A stretch of 64,000 bases of DNA from an uncultured Collinsella sp. (GCA_902465015.1 CABQLK010000004.1:5075-69074), one strand, 5' to 3'; numbered from the stretch's first letter, positions 53,515 through 63,942 are shown. Notes: generated by a model not told the origin, from the letters alone. Program-made: numbers and translations.

Positions 53515-53994
53515 TTATTTGGTATGTCCGCCGCCCGCCGTCATTTGGGCCGCATGCTCCAGCTGATCGCTCACGGCCTCCCAGCTTTCGCGGGCCGCTT
53601 TCGTGGATCCCGGAAAGTTGATGACAAGCGTATGCCCACGCTGCATGCACACGGCGCGCGAGAGCATAGCGCGGCGCGTCTTGGTCATGGAGTACGCACG
53701 GATTGCCTCTGCAATACCCGGCACATCGCGGTCGCAGACGGCACGCGTCGCCTCGGGCGTCACGTCGCGCATCGAAAGTCCCGTGCCGCCACAGGTGAGC
53801 ACGACATTGGCGTGGCACTCATCGGCAGCTTCCACAATGGCATCACCGATCTCGCTGGCGTCGTCGCGCACGACCACATGTGAGACGACCGTCCAGCCCT
53901 GCGCCTCGATAAGTTCCTCGAGTGCGGCTCCAGCCTCGTCCTGAGCAAGATCGCGTGTATCCGAGCACGTCACGATCGAAATCTTCAACTCCAT
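53515..53994 (-). CDS. mog: Molybdopterin adenylyltransferase / MoaB-Mog family protein
   Basis: ATG at 53994 lies 6 nt after AGGAGG. ISIVTCSD.R, VLTCGGTGLS.RDVTPEA and INFPGS motifs of MogA/MoaB. Confidence 0.82.
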   Translation of the reverse strand: MELKISIVTCSDTRDLAQDEAGAALEELIEAQGWTVVSHVVVRDDASEIGDAIVEAADECHANVVLTCGGTGLSMRDVTPEATRAVCDRDVPGIAEAIRAYSMTKTRRAMLSRAVCMQRGHTLVINFPGSTKAARESWEAVSDQLEHAAQMTAGGGHTK

Positions 53995-54004
53995 AGTCTT
54001 CCTC

Positions 54005-55267
54005 CTACAACACCGTGCCCTCGGGCAGGTCGACACGCACGACATCCACGACGTCGCCCGCCTTGAGCTCGCACGGTCCTTCGTCAATACGCAGCAGGCA
54101 GTTGGACCGCTGCATCGTGCCGAGCAGCGCCGAATTCTGCGTCTTGGCCTCGGTCACCAACAGCTCACTGGTCTCGGGGTCGCGCAAAACCGTGGCGCGA
54201 TCGAAGAAGCGTCGGTCCTGGCGCTTTTTCACGCCGTGCGTGAGCGTCGCCTGCTGCACGGGACGCACGCCCTCGGCAAAGCCGCGCATCTTGCGAATCG
54301 CCGGACGGGCGAGCATCTCAAAGCCCACATACGCCGCGGCCGGATTGCCTGAAAGCCCTAGGTAGGGCTTGCCCCCGAGCAAGCCAAACGTGATGGCCTT
54401 GCCCGGACGCATCGAGATGCGATCGAACAGCACCACGCCCTCGCGCCGGACGAGCGCCGTCACGTAGTCGTAATCGCCCGCCGAGGCGCCGCCGCTCGTA
54501 ATGACAAAATCGCACTCTCGCGTGGCGCGATGCACCAGCTCGCCAATCGCCTGCTCATCGTCGGGCGCAATACCGTAGAACACGGGCTCGGCGCCGGCAT
54601 CGAGCGCCTCGGCCATCAGCGCCGAGGAGTTGGAATCGCGAATCTGACCGCGCGCCGGTACCTTACTCGGTGCGACCAGTTCCGTGCCCAGCGAGATGAT
54701 GCCCACACGTGGGGCAGCGTGCACCTTCACGCTCGCGTATCCGGCGCTTGCCAGCAAGCCGGCGCCCGCCGGAGCCACGACCTCGCCGGCATGCATCACA
54801 ACATCGCCGGCATGGGCCTCCTCGGCGGCAGAGCGAACGTTCTCCCCTACCTTGGCAGGCGCCGAGAAGCGAACGTGCGAGCCCTCGTTGCCATCGCCAT
54901 CGAGTACGTCGACGATCTCGTACTTCACCACGGCATCGGCACCTTCGGGCACCGGCGCGCCCGTCATGATGCGGACGGTCTCGCCCGCGCCGATTGTGCC
55001 CTCAAAGACATGGCCCGCGGCCTCGTGTCCTACGACGGAGAGCGTCACCGGAGTGTCACCGGCGGCCGCAGCAAGATCGGCTGCGCGCACGGCATACCCG
55101 TCCATGGCGCTGTTGGCAAACGGCGAGATGTCGATATCGGCCACCGCGTCCTCGGCCAAGGGAAGACCGGCGGCCTGCCACACGGGAATCTCGACGAGAT
55201 CGGTCGGAGCAACGTGCGACAGAACAATCGACTGCGCGTCCTCCAGCGGAATGAGTTTCTCTGCCAT
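54005..55267 (-). CDS. moeA: Molybdopterin molybdenumtransferase
   Basis: SPFANSAMDGYAVRA, ITSGGASAGDYDY and PGKP..FG motifs of MoeA. Confidence 0.9.
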   Translation of the reverse strand: MAEKLIPLEDAQSIVLSHVAPTDLVEIPVWQAAGLPLAEDAVADIDISPFANSAMDGYAVRAADLAAAAGDTPVTLSVVGHEAAGHVFEGTIGAGETVRIMTGAPVPEGADAVVKYEIVDVLDGDGNEGSHVRFSAPAKVGENVRSAAEEAHAGDVVMHAGEVVAPAGAGLLASAGYASVKVHAAPRVGIISLGTELVAPSKVPARGQIRDSNSSALMAEALDAGAEPVFYGIAPDDEQAIGELVHRATRECDFVITSGGASAGDYDYVTALVRREGVVLFDRISMRPGKAITFGLLGGKPYLGLSGNPAAAYVGFEMLARPAIRKMRGFAEGVRPVQQATLTHGVKKRQDRRFFDRATVLRDPETSELLVTEAKTQNSALLGTMQRSNCLLRIDEGPCELKAGDVVDVVRVDLPEGTVL

Positions 55268-55477
55268 ATGCACCTCTTAATGCCACGGCGCACAACAGGG
55301 GCGCCGATTCTTTATGCTTGTCTCAGTATAATCCCCCGACGCACGACCGCGACTCGGCCTGCACCCGCAAATACACCTGTCGGTTGCAGGCCGCGAAACA
55401 GAATGGAAACCAACCCACCGGCTCGTCGCGTTTACCGCGTTTTATAATGCTTGCGTTGCAACCTAAAAGAGGAACGT

Positions 55478-56899
55478 ATGGCTTTTACCGACAAACCCGA
55501 AAGCGCAAACGAAGCGCAGGATCATTCCCAGCCGCTCGACGAAGGCGGTTATTTCTCCCTGAACGACGTCATCGCGGCAGGCAGGCATCAGCTCACCCGC
55601 TCTGAGCATCTCTTGGCTGCCGACACGCGCCGCAACGCCCGCAACCTACTCGCGAGCGCCAAGTTGCTCGCACTCGTCGTCATCGTCTCGCTCGCCATGG
55701 GCGTTGCCGCTTGGGCGTTTTTGGCCTCGTTGAATATCGCGACCGACTATCGCGAGCACCATGTGTGGGTCTACGCCTTGCTTCCCGTTGTGGGCATGGC
55801 CACCGCATGGGTCTACAAGAACCACGGTCTCGCCGCCAAGCGTGGCAACAACCTGGTCATCGACTCCGCTCTGGGCACACGCCTCATCCATATGCGCATG
55901 GCCGTCCTCACCTTCGTCTGCACCACGCTCACGCACCTAACGGGCGGATCAGCCGGTCGCGAGGGAGCTGCGGTGCAGATTGGCGGCACCATCGCCAGCA
56001 ACATCTCGAGCCTCGCCCACCTCAAAAAGCATGACCACCACGACCTCATGCTCGCCGGCATCTCGTCGGCCTTTGGCGCCGTATTCGGCTCGCCCCTTGC
56101 CGGAGCTTTCTTTGGCATGGAGATGTGCTTTATCGGCAAGATTGACTACACCGCGGGCATTTACTGCCTGGTCGCCTCGTTTACCGGCTACTTTACATCA
56201 ATCGCCCTGGGTACCGAGTACGAAGCGAATGTCATCGCCAGCGTTCCCACCATGACGCCCAAAACGGTCGTCATCGTTGTTATCAGCGCCATCATCTTCG
56301 GTCTGACAGCACGCCTCTTTGCGTGGTCGGTTCGAACCGTCAAGAGCCTGTACGGTCGCTTTATCACCAATTACCTCGTTCGCGCACTTATAGGCGCACT
56401 CGTGGTTTTGGCCGCGTATGCCCTCCTCGACGCCTGGGACTACGCCGGCCTTTCCACATGGCTTTCCGGCGCCGGATTTGCCGGCAACACCACCCTGGCG
56501 GACGCAGCCATCAAGTTGGTCGTCACAGCGCTCACCCTGGGTGCCGGCTTCCAAGGCGGCGAGGTCACGCCCCTGTTTGGTATCGGTGCGGCGCTCGGCG
56601 GCTGGATAGGTTGCCTCGTCGGAATCGATCCCAGCTTTCTGGCAGCGCTGGGCATGCTCGGCGTGTTCTGCGCCGGCCTTAACGTGCCTATCACCACCTG
56701 TATGATGGCCATCGACCTGTTCCACGGCACGGCTGCCGGGTTCTTTGTCATCGTGGCCTTTATCAGCTACCTAACCGCCGGACACCGCGGCGTGTACCCC
56801 GCCCAGCGCATCATCTCGCCCAAGCGCCGTTCGCTTATTGTGGATGAGGGCGGTACGGTAGCGGATGCTATCGAGCGCCACAACGACCTGATAGAGTAG
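55478..56899 (+). CDS. ClC-family voltage-gated chloride channel / H+-Cl- exchanger
   Basis: GGSAGREGAAVQIG, GSPLAGAFFGMEM and GFQGGEVTPLFGIGA selectivity-filter motifs. ATG at 55478 follows AAGAGGAA. Confidence 0.88.
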   Translation: MAFTDKPESANEAQDHSQPLDEGGYFSLNDVIAAGRHQLTRSEHLLAADTRRNARNLLASAKLLALVVIVSLAMGVAAWAFLASLNIATDYREHHVWVYALLPVVGMATAWVYKNHGLAAKRGNNLVIDSALGTRLIHMRMAVLTFVCTTLTHLTGGSAGREGAAVQIGGTIASNISSLAHLKKHDHHDLMLAGISSAFGAVFGSPLAGAFFGMEMCFIGKIDYTAGIYCLVASFTGYFTSIALGTEYEANVIASVPTMTPKTVVIVVISAIIFGLTARLFAWSVRTVKSLYGRFITNYLVRALIGALVVLAAYALLDAWDYAGLSTWLSGAGFAGNTTLADAAIKLVVTALTLGAGFQGGEVTPLFGIGAALGGWIGCLVGIDPSFLAALGMLGVFCAGLNVPITTCMMAIDLFHGTAAGFFVIVAFISYLTAGHRGVYPAQRIISPKRRSLIVDEGGTVADAIERHNDLIE

Positions 56900-56986
56900 A
56901 CGTAAGTATTCGCCGTGCAGCCACAATCGGGGGCAATTCGACCTGAGCGCGACCGCACCGTCACGTCATACGCCGGGAGTCGCCCC

Positions 56987-57949
56987 ATGCACGCAACTGA
57001 TTTTGGTCGCACGCTCATCATCGCCAACCCAGCCGCCCAGTCGGGTGCGGCACGCGAAGTTGCCGAGCGCCTGCAACGCTTTTTGGATATGACCGCGCGC
57101 GCATCCCAGTTTGACCTGGTGCTAACCGAGCACATGGGACACGCCAAGGAGCTTGCCGCACAGGCTCAGGGCTATCGCACCGTTATCGCACTCGGCGGCG
57201 ACGGCGTGATCCACGAGGTCGTCAACGGGCTTATGACGCAAAAGGAGGACGCCCGCCCCGCTCTTGCCGTCCTGCCCGTGGGCTCCGGCAACGATTTTGC
57301 CCAGACGCTCGGCATAGAAGATTTCTCCGGCAAGGATTTTGGCGCGCTGCTCACCTGTGAGCTGCGGCGTCAGGACATCGGGCGGATTCGCTCATGGAAC
57401 CCCGCATGCGGCAGCGGCGAGGCGATCGTCGAGTATTACGACCAGACGCTCTCCGTCGGTATTGATGCCGCCATCGGCCTTGGCACCAGCGAACTGCGCA
57501 AAAAGACCGGCTTGACGGGCGCTCCGCTCTACACCCTCTCGGGACTTGAGCAGTTTGGCCTACGCTATCGCAACTACCCCATGACGGTCAGCTTTGACGG
57601 CGCGCCCGCCGAGCGCGTAAGGGCGATCATCATGGCGATTCAGCTGGGCCCCACGTATGGCTCGGGCTATCGCATCTGCCCCGATGCCGACCCCTGCGAC
57701 GGCATGCTCGACGTCTGCTACGCCTGCGGCCCCGTCCCTCGCGCGGTAGCCCTGCCTATGTTCCTTTCGGCCAAGGACGGCCATCATACCAAGCTGCCGC
57801 CGGTTCGCATGCGCCGCTGCCGCCATGCCGAGCTCACTTTTGAGGAGCCCGACTACCCCATCCAAGCCGACGGCGAGCCCGTTGTCGCCTCGCGCATCGA
57901 GGTCGACGTCCTTCCCGCCGTTCTCGAAGTCTGGCACCCAACCCGCTAA
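56987..57949 (+). CDS. Diacylglycerol/lipid kinase family protein (YegS/DagK-like)
   Basis: LIIANPAAQSG, IALGGDGVIHEVVNG and LPVGSGNDFA motifs. Confidence 0.82.
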   Translation: MHATDFGRTLIIANPAAQSGAAREVAERLQRFLDMTARASQFDLVLTEHMGHAKELAAQAQGYRTVIALGGDGVIHEVVNGLMTQKEDARPALAVLPVGSGNDFAQTLGIEDFSGKDFGALLTCELRRQDIGRIRSWNPACGSGEAIVEYYDQTLSVGIDAAIGLGTSELRKKTGLTGAPLYTLSGLEQFGLRYRNYPMTVSFDGAPAERVRAIIMAIQLGPTYGSGYRICPDADPCDGMLDVCYACGPVPRAVALPMFLSAKDGHHTKLPPVRMRRCRHAELTFEEPDYPIQADGEPVVASRIEVDVLPAVLEVWHPTR

Positions 57950-58034
57950 CCCCCCATAAGTTGCGGTGAAATAGGGACTGTTTATGCAGTTAAAGCCGCA
58001 AAACAGTCCCTATTTCACCGCAACTTATAAGGAG
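57950..58034. repeat. Family-1 REP-like palindromic element, copy E
   Basis: CATAAGTTGCGGTGAAATAGGGACTGTTT...AAACAGTCCCTATTTCACCGCAACTTATAAGG. The AGGG/CCCT change is compensated in both arms. It lies between convergent genes. Confidence 0.85.
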
Positions 58035-58035
58035 G

Positions 58036-58416
58036 CTATTCGTCGCTGCCCGGCTTGCGACAGTTGGCCTTTTTAATGGCGTTGAAGTGCTTGTCATTGA
58101 GCCTGCGCTGGCGAGAGCGCTGAGGCACCTTGGTCTTTACGCGTCGGCGCGGTGGACGCCCGCGACGACCAAACTCAGCGCGCAGCTTACGCAGGCAGCT
58201 ACTACGGTTTTGGAACTGACTGCGGCTCTCACGCGCCGTCACGACAATCCCCGTGGGCCCATGTTTCATGCGTACCGCCGAGTCCGTCGTGTTCACGCCC
58301 TGTCCGCCCGGACCCGTCGCGCGAAACACCTGCACCTCGCAATCGCGCGCCAACTCCTCGGCCGACATCTCGGCATAGCGCGCATACTCGCGCCATCCCA
58401 TCTTATTCTCATCCAT
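58036..58416 (-). CDS. arfB: Alternative ribosome-rescue factor ArfB (GGQ peptidyl-tRNA hydrolase domain with a basic tail)
   Basis: [17 protein letters not shown] motif and a Lys/Arg-rich C-terminus. ATG at 58416 follows GGGAGGTG. Confidence 0.8.
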   Translation of the reverse strand: MDENKMGWREYARYAEMSAEELARDCEVQVFRATGPGGQGVNTTDSAVRMKHGPTGIVVTARESRSQFQNRSSCLRKLRAEFGRRGRPPRRRVKTKVPQRSRQRRLNDKHFNAIKKANCRKPGSDE

Positions 58417-58499
58417 ATCAACACCTCCCCTCATACAAAAAATGTGACAAAGGGACAGTCCCTTTGTCACATCGCATACCAATCGCTTGTGTTGCGCGC

Positions 58500-59078
58500 T
58501 TAGGCGAAGGTGATCTCGCCGTTCTCGCAGTCCATATCGGCGATACGTGCCAGGCTCTCAACGCGGAAGCCGCGCTTACGGAGCTTATCGCCGCCGCCCT
58601 GGAAGCCCTTCTCAACGGCGATGCCAATGCCGGCAACTTCGGCGCCCGCAGCCTCGCAGATCTTAATAAGGCCCTCAAGCGCGCAGCCGTTGGCCAGGAA
58701 GTCGTCGATAATCAGGACCTTGTCGCCCTCGGACAGGAAGCGCTTACCCACAATGACCGGGTACTCCTTCTGCTTGGTAAAGGAGTAGATGGTCGTGGCA
58801 TACTGCTCGCCGTCGAGGTTGATGGACTGCGCCTTCTTGGCAAAGACCACCGGCACGCCGCCAAAATGCTGAGCCGCGATGCAAGCCATGCCAATGCCCG
58901 AAGCCTCGATCGTCAGGATCTTGTTGATCTCGACACCCTCGAACAGACGGGCCCACTCGGCGCCCATGTGGTCGAACAGCTCAACGTCGCATTGGTGGTT
59001 GAGGAAGGCATCAACCTTAAGGACGTTACCGGCCTTTACGATGCCGTCATGGCGAATACGATCCTCAAGCTCCTGCAT
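58500..59078 (-). CDS. xpt: Xanthine phosphoribosyltransferase
   Basis: MQELEDRI...G.VLKVD.FLNHQ and the PRPP loop [11 protein letters not shown]. Confidence 0.9.
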   Translation of the reverse strand: MQELEDRIRHDGIVKAGNVLKVDAFLNHQCDVELFDHMGAEWARLFEGVEINKILTIEASGIGMACIAAQHFGGVPVVFAKKAQSINLDGEQYATTIYSFTKQKEYPVIVGKRFLSEGDKVLIIDDFLANGCALEGLIKICEAAGAEVAGIGIAVEKGFQGGGDKLRKRGFRVESLARIADMDCENGEITFA

Positions 59079-59235
59079 GGCGCAACCCCTTCTCGCGGCA
59101 ACGATACCGCGCGATTAATAAACGTTGTTCGATAGTCTACCACGGACCGACCCCCGCCCGTCCCACAAGCCGCATCGCACCACAAACCAGTCTTTTTGGG
59201 ACGGCGCGAATCGTGGCAGACAGCCTCCCAACGCA

Positions 59236-60540
59236 CTAATGGCGGGCGCGCATCCTCACCAAACGCACCATGGCGAGCGCAAAGCCCACAGCGGCCACAG
59301 CCATCAACACATAGAACACCGAACGGAAACCAAACAGGAACACATCCGGACGGCCTGCAACAAAACTAGTTACGGCCTCGCCCATCGCCACGCTCATCTG
59401 CCCATACAGGATATTCGACGCTACCGTAATACCGAGTGCCATGCCGGCGTAGCGTGCCAAACTGCCCAAGCTGCCCGCAAAGCCGAGTGCTTCGCGCGGA
59501 GCCGAGCCCATATACAGCGAGTTATTGGGGCTCTGGAAAATCGACGTACCGCACGACATAAACGCGACGCAGCACACGATCACAGGGATAGAAGAGCGCT
59601 CGTCGAGCGTGCTTACCGCAAAGAGACCGCACACGTACACGCCCAGGCCAACCGCCGTAGGACCCTCGCAGCCAACACGGTCCGAAACCGTTCCCGAAAG
59701 CGGGCCGATAAAGGCATTCACCATCGGCAGCGCCAAAAAGAGCAATCCGGAAATGTCGGAACCAAACCCATGCGCGTCCTGAAAATAGAACGGCAGGATA
59801 AACTCGGATGCACCAATACCAACGAACACGATGAGCATGCAGGCAAGGTTGATAGTGAAGGCCGAATTTGCAAAGCAGCGACGAGCGGCCTCGGCAAGGG
59901 GCATGGGGCGTTCGCCGACCTCTGGCCTAACATGCGGCAGTGTGTAGAGTCCCACGATAAACGAGATCACGCCAATGGGCAGGTTGATGAGGAAGATGCT
60001 CTCCCAGGGAAAGCTTGCCACCAGCATGCCGCCGAGCACGGGGCCACACATCATGCCGAGGGCCACGAAGGTCGCGAGAATACCCATGGCACGGCCTCGT
60101 TCGCGCACCGGAAACGACTCGGTGATGATACCCATGTTGTTAGCCATGGCCGCCGCGCAACCGACGCCCTGAACAATGCGTGCCAGGATAAGAACCTCGA
60201 GCGAGGCCGAAAGGCCGCACAGCAGTGAACCGACCGAAAAGACGATGACGCCCAGCTGGAACACATTCACCTTGCCGCGCACGTCGCCCAGACGGCCAAA
60301 CGGCAACATAGCCACGCATGTCGCAAGCAGGTACACCGAGCTCACCAGTTGAATGCGATCGAGGCCCACGCCCAGCTCCTTTTGCATCACGGGCAGCGCC
60401 ACGGTCACGACGGTCGAATCCAGACACACCATAAACGTCATGATGAGCACGGTAAACAGAATCGCCCACTTGTTCTTTCCATGGGTGTCGCCCTCTAGGG
60501 CAATGTGCTCGCGGCGCAGCTGCTCTGCAGTTTTCTCCAT
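59236..60540 (-). CDS. MFS transporter (DHA2/EmrB-like drug:H+ antiporter layout)
   Basis: About 14 predicted TM segments, LDSTVVTVALP and GRLGD..G motifs. ATG at 60540 lies 5 nt after AAGGA. Confidence 0.78.
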   Translation of the reverse strand: MEKTAEQLRREHIALEGDTHGKNKWAILFTVLIMTFMVCLDSTVVTVALPVMQKELGVGLDRIQLVSSVYLLATCVAMLPFGRLGDVRGKVNVFQLGVIVFSVGSLLCGLSASLEVLILARIVQGVGCAAAMANNMGIITESFPVRERGRAMGILATFVALGMMCGPVLGGMLVASFPWESIFLINLPIGVISFIVGLYTLPHVRPEVGERPMPLAEAARRCFANSAFTINLACMLIVFVGIGASEFILPFYFQDAHGFGSDISGLLFLALPMVNAFIGPLSGTVSDRVGCEGPTAVGLGVYVCGLFAVSTLDERSSIPVIVCCVAFMSCGTSIFQSPNNSLYMGSAPREALGFAGSLGSLARYAGMALGITVASNILYGQMSVAMGEAVTSFVAGRPDVFLFGFRSVFYVLMAVAAVGFALAMVRLVRMRARH

Positions 60541-60565
60541 ATCCATCCTTTCGAGTGGCCCAACG

Positions 60566-60613
60566 CAAAAACGGGGCCCCAATCGCCTGTAAACAGTCGC
60601 AATTGGGGTCCCG
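60566..60613 (-). terminator. Terminator after metY
   Basis: On the minus strand, GGGACCCCAAT-(loop)-ATTGGGGCCCC is followed by GTTTTTGCG. Confidence 0.6.
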
Positions 60614-60681
60614 CCTACGGAATCGGAACGAAAGGCCGCCGAAGCTTTCTGCCAGCATCGGCGCCTTGTGCGAACGCTAGC

Positions 60682-61965
60682 CTAGCACTGCTCGAGCGCC
60701 TGCTCAAGGTCGGCAATCAGATCGGCCGTGTCCTCGAGGCCGCACGACAGGCGCACCATGTCGGCGGAGATACCGCAGGCGATGAGCTCCTCATCGTTCA
60801 TCTGGCGGTGCGTAGCGTTAGCGGGATGCAGGCAGCAGGTGCGGGCGTCGGCCACATGCGTGGCGATCTGGGCGAGCTTGAGGCTCTTCATAAAGGTCTC
60901 GGCCGCCGCGCGACCACCATTAAAGCCAAAGCTCACAACGCCGCAGGTACCGTTTGGCATGTACTTCTGAGCGAGGTCATAGTACTTGTCGCCCTCCAGG
61001 CCCGGATAGCTCACGAAACGCACCTTGGGATGGCTCTGCAGGAACTTGGCAACGGCCAGGCCGTTCTCACAATGACGCGGCATGCGTACATGCAGGCTCT
61101 CGAGCGAGCTGTTCAGGAAGAAGGCCGCCTGCGGGTTCTGCATGGGGCCGAGGTCGCGCATGAGCTGCGCGGTGGCCTTGGTAATGAAGGCGCCCTCGCG
61201 ACCGAACTTCTCGGCATACGTCACGCCGTGGTAGCTCTCGTCGGGCGTGGTGAGACCCGGGAACTTGTCCGCATGGGCCATCCAGTCAAACTGGCCGTGG
61301 TCGACGATTACGCCGCCCAGGTAGGCAGCATGTCCATCCATGTACTTGGTGGTGGAGTGCGTAACGATGTCGGCGCCCCACTCAAAGGGACGGCACATCA
61401 CGGGCGTCGGGAAGGTGTTGTCGACCATCAGCGGCACGCCGTGGTCATGCGCGGCCTTGGCAAAGCGCTCAATATCGAGCACGGCAAGGGCGGGGTTTGC
61501 GATCGTCTCGCCAAAGACGAGCTTTGTGTTGGGCTGAAAGGCAGCCTCCAGCTCCTCATCGGTGCAGTCGGGGGCGACGAACGTGCAGGTCACGCCCATG
61601 CGGCCCATGGTGTGGGCGAGCAGGTTATACGTACCGCCGTAAATGGCAGAGCTTGCGACCACGTGATCGCCGGCACCGGCAACGTTAAAGATCGCGAGGA
61701 AGTTCGCAGCCATGCCCGAACTCGTGAGCATCGCTGCGGCGCCGCCCTCCATCTCGCAGATCTTGGCGGCAACCAAATCGCACGTGGGGTTCTGCAGACG
61801 GCTGTAGAAGTAGCCAGACTCCTCCAGGTCAAACAGCTTTCCCATGTGCTCGGACGTGTCGTACTTCCACGTGGTGGACTGGTAGATGGGCACCTGGCGC
61901 GGCTCCGCATCTCCCGGGTGATAGCCGCCCTGAACACATGTAGTGCCGATAGTCTGCTCGCTCAT
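60682..61965 (-). CDS. metY: O-acetylhomoserine aminocarboxypropyltransferase / sulfhydrylase (Cys/Met PLP family)
   Basis: PIYQSTT, YSRLQNPT and the PLP-Lys region HSTTKYMDGH. Size and termini are typical of MetY. Confidence 0.88.
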   Translation of the reverse strand: MSEQTIGTTCVQGGYHPGDAEPRQVPIYQSTTWKYDTSEHMGKLFDLEESGYFYSRLQNPTCDLVAAKICEMEGGAAAMLTSSGMAANFLAIFNVAGAGDHVVASSAIYGGTYNLLAHTMGRMGVTCTFVAPDCTDEELEAAFQPNTKLVFGETIANPALAVLDIERFAKAAHDHGVPLMVDNTFPTPVMCRPFEWGADIVTHSTTKYMDGHAAYLGGVIVDHGQFDWMAHADKFPGLTTPDESYHGVTYAEKFGREGAFITKATAQLMRDLGPMQNPQAAFFLNSSLESLHVRMPRHCENGLAVAKFLQSHPKVRFVSYPGLEGDKYYDLAQKYMPNGTCGVVSFGFNGGRAAAETFMKSLKLAQIATHVADARTCCLHPANATHRQMNDEELIACGISADMVRLSCGLEDTADLIADLEQALEQC

Positions 61966-62025
61966 ATCTAGCTCCCTTGCCTGGGTTACGTTTTATTCGG
62001 TTCACGATACCGCTACCGCACACCC

Positions 62026-62056
62026 CTCTCAACCCATCACCAAGGTGGGTTGAGAG
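62026..62056. promoter_or_regulatory. 11-bp perfect inverted repeat between divergent metY and the C_GCAxxG_C_C gene
   Basis: CTCTCAACCCA-N9-TGGGTTGAGAG. It could be an operator or an RNA hairpin. Confidence 0.35.
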
Positions 62057-62195
62057 ACAAATGAATCAAGGGTGTTTATCTCAAGCCTTGGGCATTTGCT
62101 CGATAGATAAAAACGAGGCATACATGAAGCTCTCGATGATTACATGCCCCGTCACGGGTACCATAGTCGGGTACACCGTAACCAAGGAGACAACG

Positions 62196-62642
62196 ATGAA
62201 GCAAATCGATACGGCCCAGCTCGACATCACCGCCTGTCAGACCCAGGCTGCCGAATACCACGCCCGTGGCTTTAACTGCGCCCAGGCCGTCGCCTGCACG
62301 CTCGCGCCCGCTGTCGGGCTCGACCCCCAGGTCGCCTTTACCCTCACCGAGGGCTTTGGCGCCGGCATGGGCGGCATGACCGAGACCTGCGGCGCTATCT
62401 CGGGCGCCGTGGCCATCATGGGCTTTGTAATGAGCGACGGCATGGAAAACCCCAAGACCAAGGGCCAGACCTACAAGCTGTCGCGCGAAATCGCCAAGCG
62501 TTTTGGCGAGAAGAATACGACGACCGTCTGCGGCACGCTCAAGGGCATCGGATCGGATAAGGGTCCGCTCCGCAGCTGCCCCGGTTGCATCGACGATACT
62601 GTCGAGATCGCCTGCGATGTGCTAAAGCAGCTCGCCGAGTAA
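62196..62642 (+). CDS. C_GCAxxG_C_C family redox protein
   Basis: ATG at 62196 follows AAGGAGA. Contains FNCAQAV, CGAISGAV, TTVCGTL and SCPGCIDD, the family's Cys pattern. Confidence 0.8.
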   Translation: MKQIDTAQLDITACQTQAAEYHARGFNCAQAVACTLAPAVGLDPQVAFTLTEGFGAGMGGMTETCGAISGAVAIMGFVMSDGMENPKTKGQTYKLSREIAKRFGEKNTTTVCGTLKGIGSDKGPLRSCPGCIDDTVEIACDVLKQLAE

Positions 62643-62660
62643 ACGGCAGCGACAGAGAAA

Positions 62661-62707
62661 CGACGGCCGGCGCGCTTGGGATCCATCCAAAAGCACGCCG
62701 GCCGTCG
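62661..62707. terminator. Bidirectional terminator hairpin between convergent genes
   Basis: CGACGGCCGGCG-(23 nt)-CGCCGGCCGTCG, a 12-bp perfect stem. Confidence 0.6.
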
Positions 62708-62710
62708 CCG

Positions 62711-63349
62711 TTAGAACTCGGCAAATTCGGGAGCACCGACCTCAATCTCCTCGCGCCCCGCCATAAGCTCGCGCATCTTAGCGCAAAATGGCTCCTGCTC
62801 CCCCGCCTTAAACACCAAATGAAGTGTCACGGCATCCGCGTAATCGGTATCCGAAACCTTGGCACCCGAATCTTGCGCCAAACGAAGCACCTGCTCATAC
62901 TGCGGATAGGCCACATGTACGTCAACCGGCACGACACTCGTCATCTCGACGATCCGCCCGGCCTCCTGAGCCGCGGCCACCGCCGCCTGCGTCGCCGCGG
63001 TATAGGCGCGAACCAAGCCACCAGGCCCTAACAGCGTGCCACCAAAATACCGCGTCACTACGCAGCAAACATTTTTGAGCCCCGCACCGCGCAGCACCTC
63101 GAGCGTCGGCATGCCGCTCGTTCGACTCGGCTCACCATCATCGCTTTGACGCTCGCGTCCATCGACCAAAATCCACGCGGGAACATTGTGTCGAGCGTCG
63201 TAATGACGTTTACGAACTGTCTCGATAAAGGCATTCGCCTCATCCTCGGACTCAATATGGACCAGCTGGGCAATAAACCGGCTCTTGCGGTCCACAAACT
63301 CGCCCGAAACCTCAATATTCGATTGCAGAGTAAAATAGCTGTCCAACAA
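62711..63349 (-). CDS. yigZ: YigZ / IMPACT-family protein (UPF0029)
   Basis: DRKSRFIA...V........F......H.DARHN..AW signature plus a C-terminal DUF1949-like domain. Confidence 0.82.
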   Translation of the reverse strand: MLDSYFTLQSNIEVSGEFVDRKSRFIAQLVHIESEDEANAFIETVRKRHYDARHNVPAWILVDGRERQSDDGEPSRTSGMPTLEVLRGAGLKNVCCVVTRYFGGTLLGPGGLVRAYTAATQAAVAAAQEAGRIVEMTSVVPVDVHVAYPQYEQVLRLAQDSGAKVSDTDYADAVTLHLVFKAGEQEPFCAKMRELMAGREEIEVGAPEFAEF

Positions 63350-63461
63350 AGCCCCTCAAACACAAGCAAAGCAACAAACAGCCTCAATAATACGGCAAAG
63401 ATAGCACCGTTGACCTCGCCAACAAGAACGGAAACGCCAATGATATCGTCACCAACAGCGA

Positions 63462-63560
63462 GAACCCGTCAGCGCGAGCAAGGTGCCTTGAAAGACGAGG
63501 GCATTGACCTTATGGTCATGCCCGAAGGCTTGAAAGGCAGATTGCCGCGCTGACGGGTTC
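63462..63560. repeat. Long hairpin downstream of rnpB (possible family-2 member, H5)
   Basis: GAACCCGTCAGCGCG ... CGCGCTGACGGGTTC (15-bp perfect outer stem). The interior shares the words GGTGCC, AGATTGCC and GAAAGA.GAGG with H3/H4. Confidence 0.6.
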
Positions 63561-63573
63561 GCAGCGTCAACAT

Positions 63574-63942
63574 AGTTGCCGAGTGGGCTTGTAAGCCGGG
63601 TTCTGTCGTGAACGGTCATTTATCTTGTCTGCACGTTACCGTGCAGCTCCACGCACGCTACCCGAACGCGGACCGGGCCGGCCCATAGCGTTCCTATTCG
63701 CGCTTGCTCCGGATGGGGCTTGCCAAGCCGCCGTGTTGCCACGACGCTGGTGGTCTCTTACACCACCGTTTCAGCTTTTCCCTTTACGCCTTGCGGCGCA
63801 GGTGGGAGTCTTCTTTTCTGCGGCGCTTTCCGTCGGATCACTCCGCCCGGCCGTTAGCCGGCATCCCGCCCTCTGGAGCCCGGACTTTCCTCACGCGTGC
63901 TGCAAGCAGCACATCGCGCGACCGTCTGGCCCACTCAGCAGT
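63574..63942 (-). ncRNA. rnpB: RNase P RNA (bacterial type A)
   Basis: The minus strand contains the universal P4 strands GAGGAAAGTCCGGGCTCC (63876-63893) and ACAGAACCCGGCTTA (63591-63605). P1 pairs GAGTGGGC with GCCCACTC. Ends are approximate. Confidence 0.88.

Noticed and set aside
59079-59235. Purine (guanine/xanthine) riboswitch upstream of xpt.
   Set aside because: The three-way-junction consensus (UAUAAU...GGAUAUGG...UCUACCGGG...CCGUAAA...GACUAUG) is absent on the minus strand.
61966-62195. SAM riboswitch (S-box or SAM-IV) in the metY leader.
   Set aside because: Neither the S-box consensus (CTCTTATC.AGAG.GG...) nor SAM-IV-like segments are present between the palindrome and the metY RBS.
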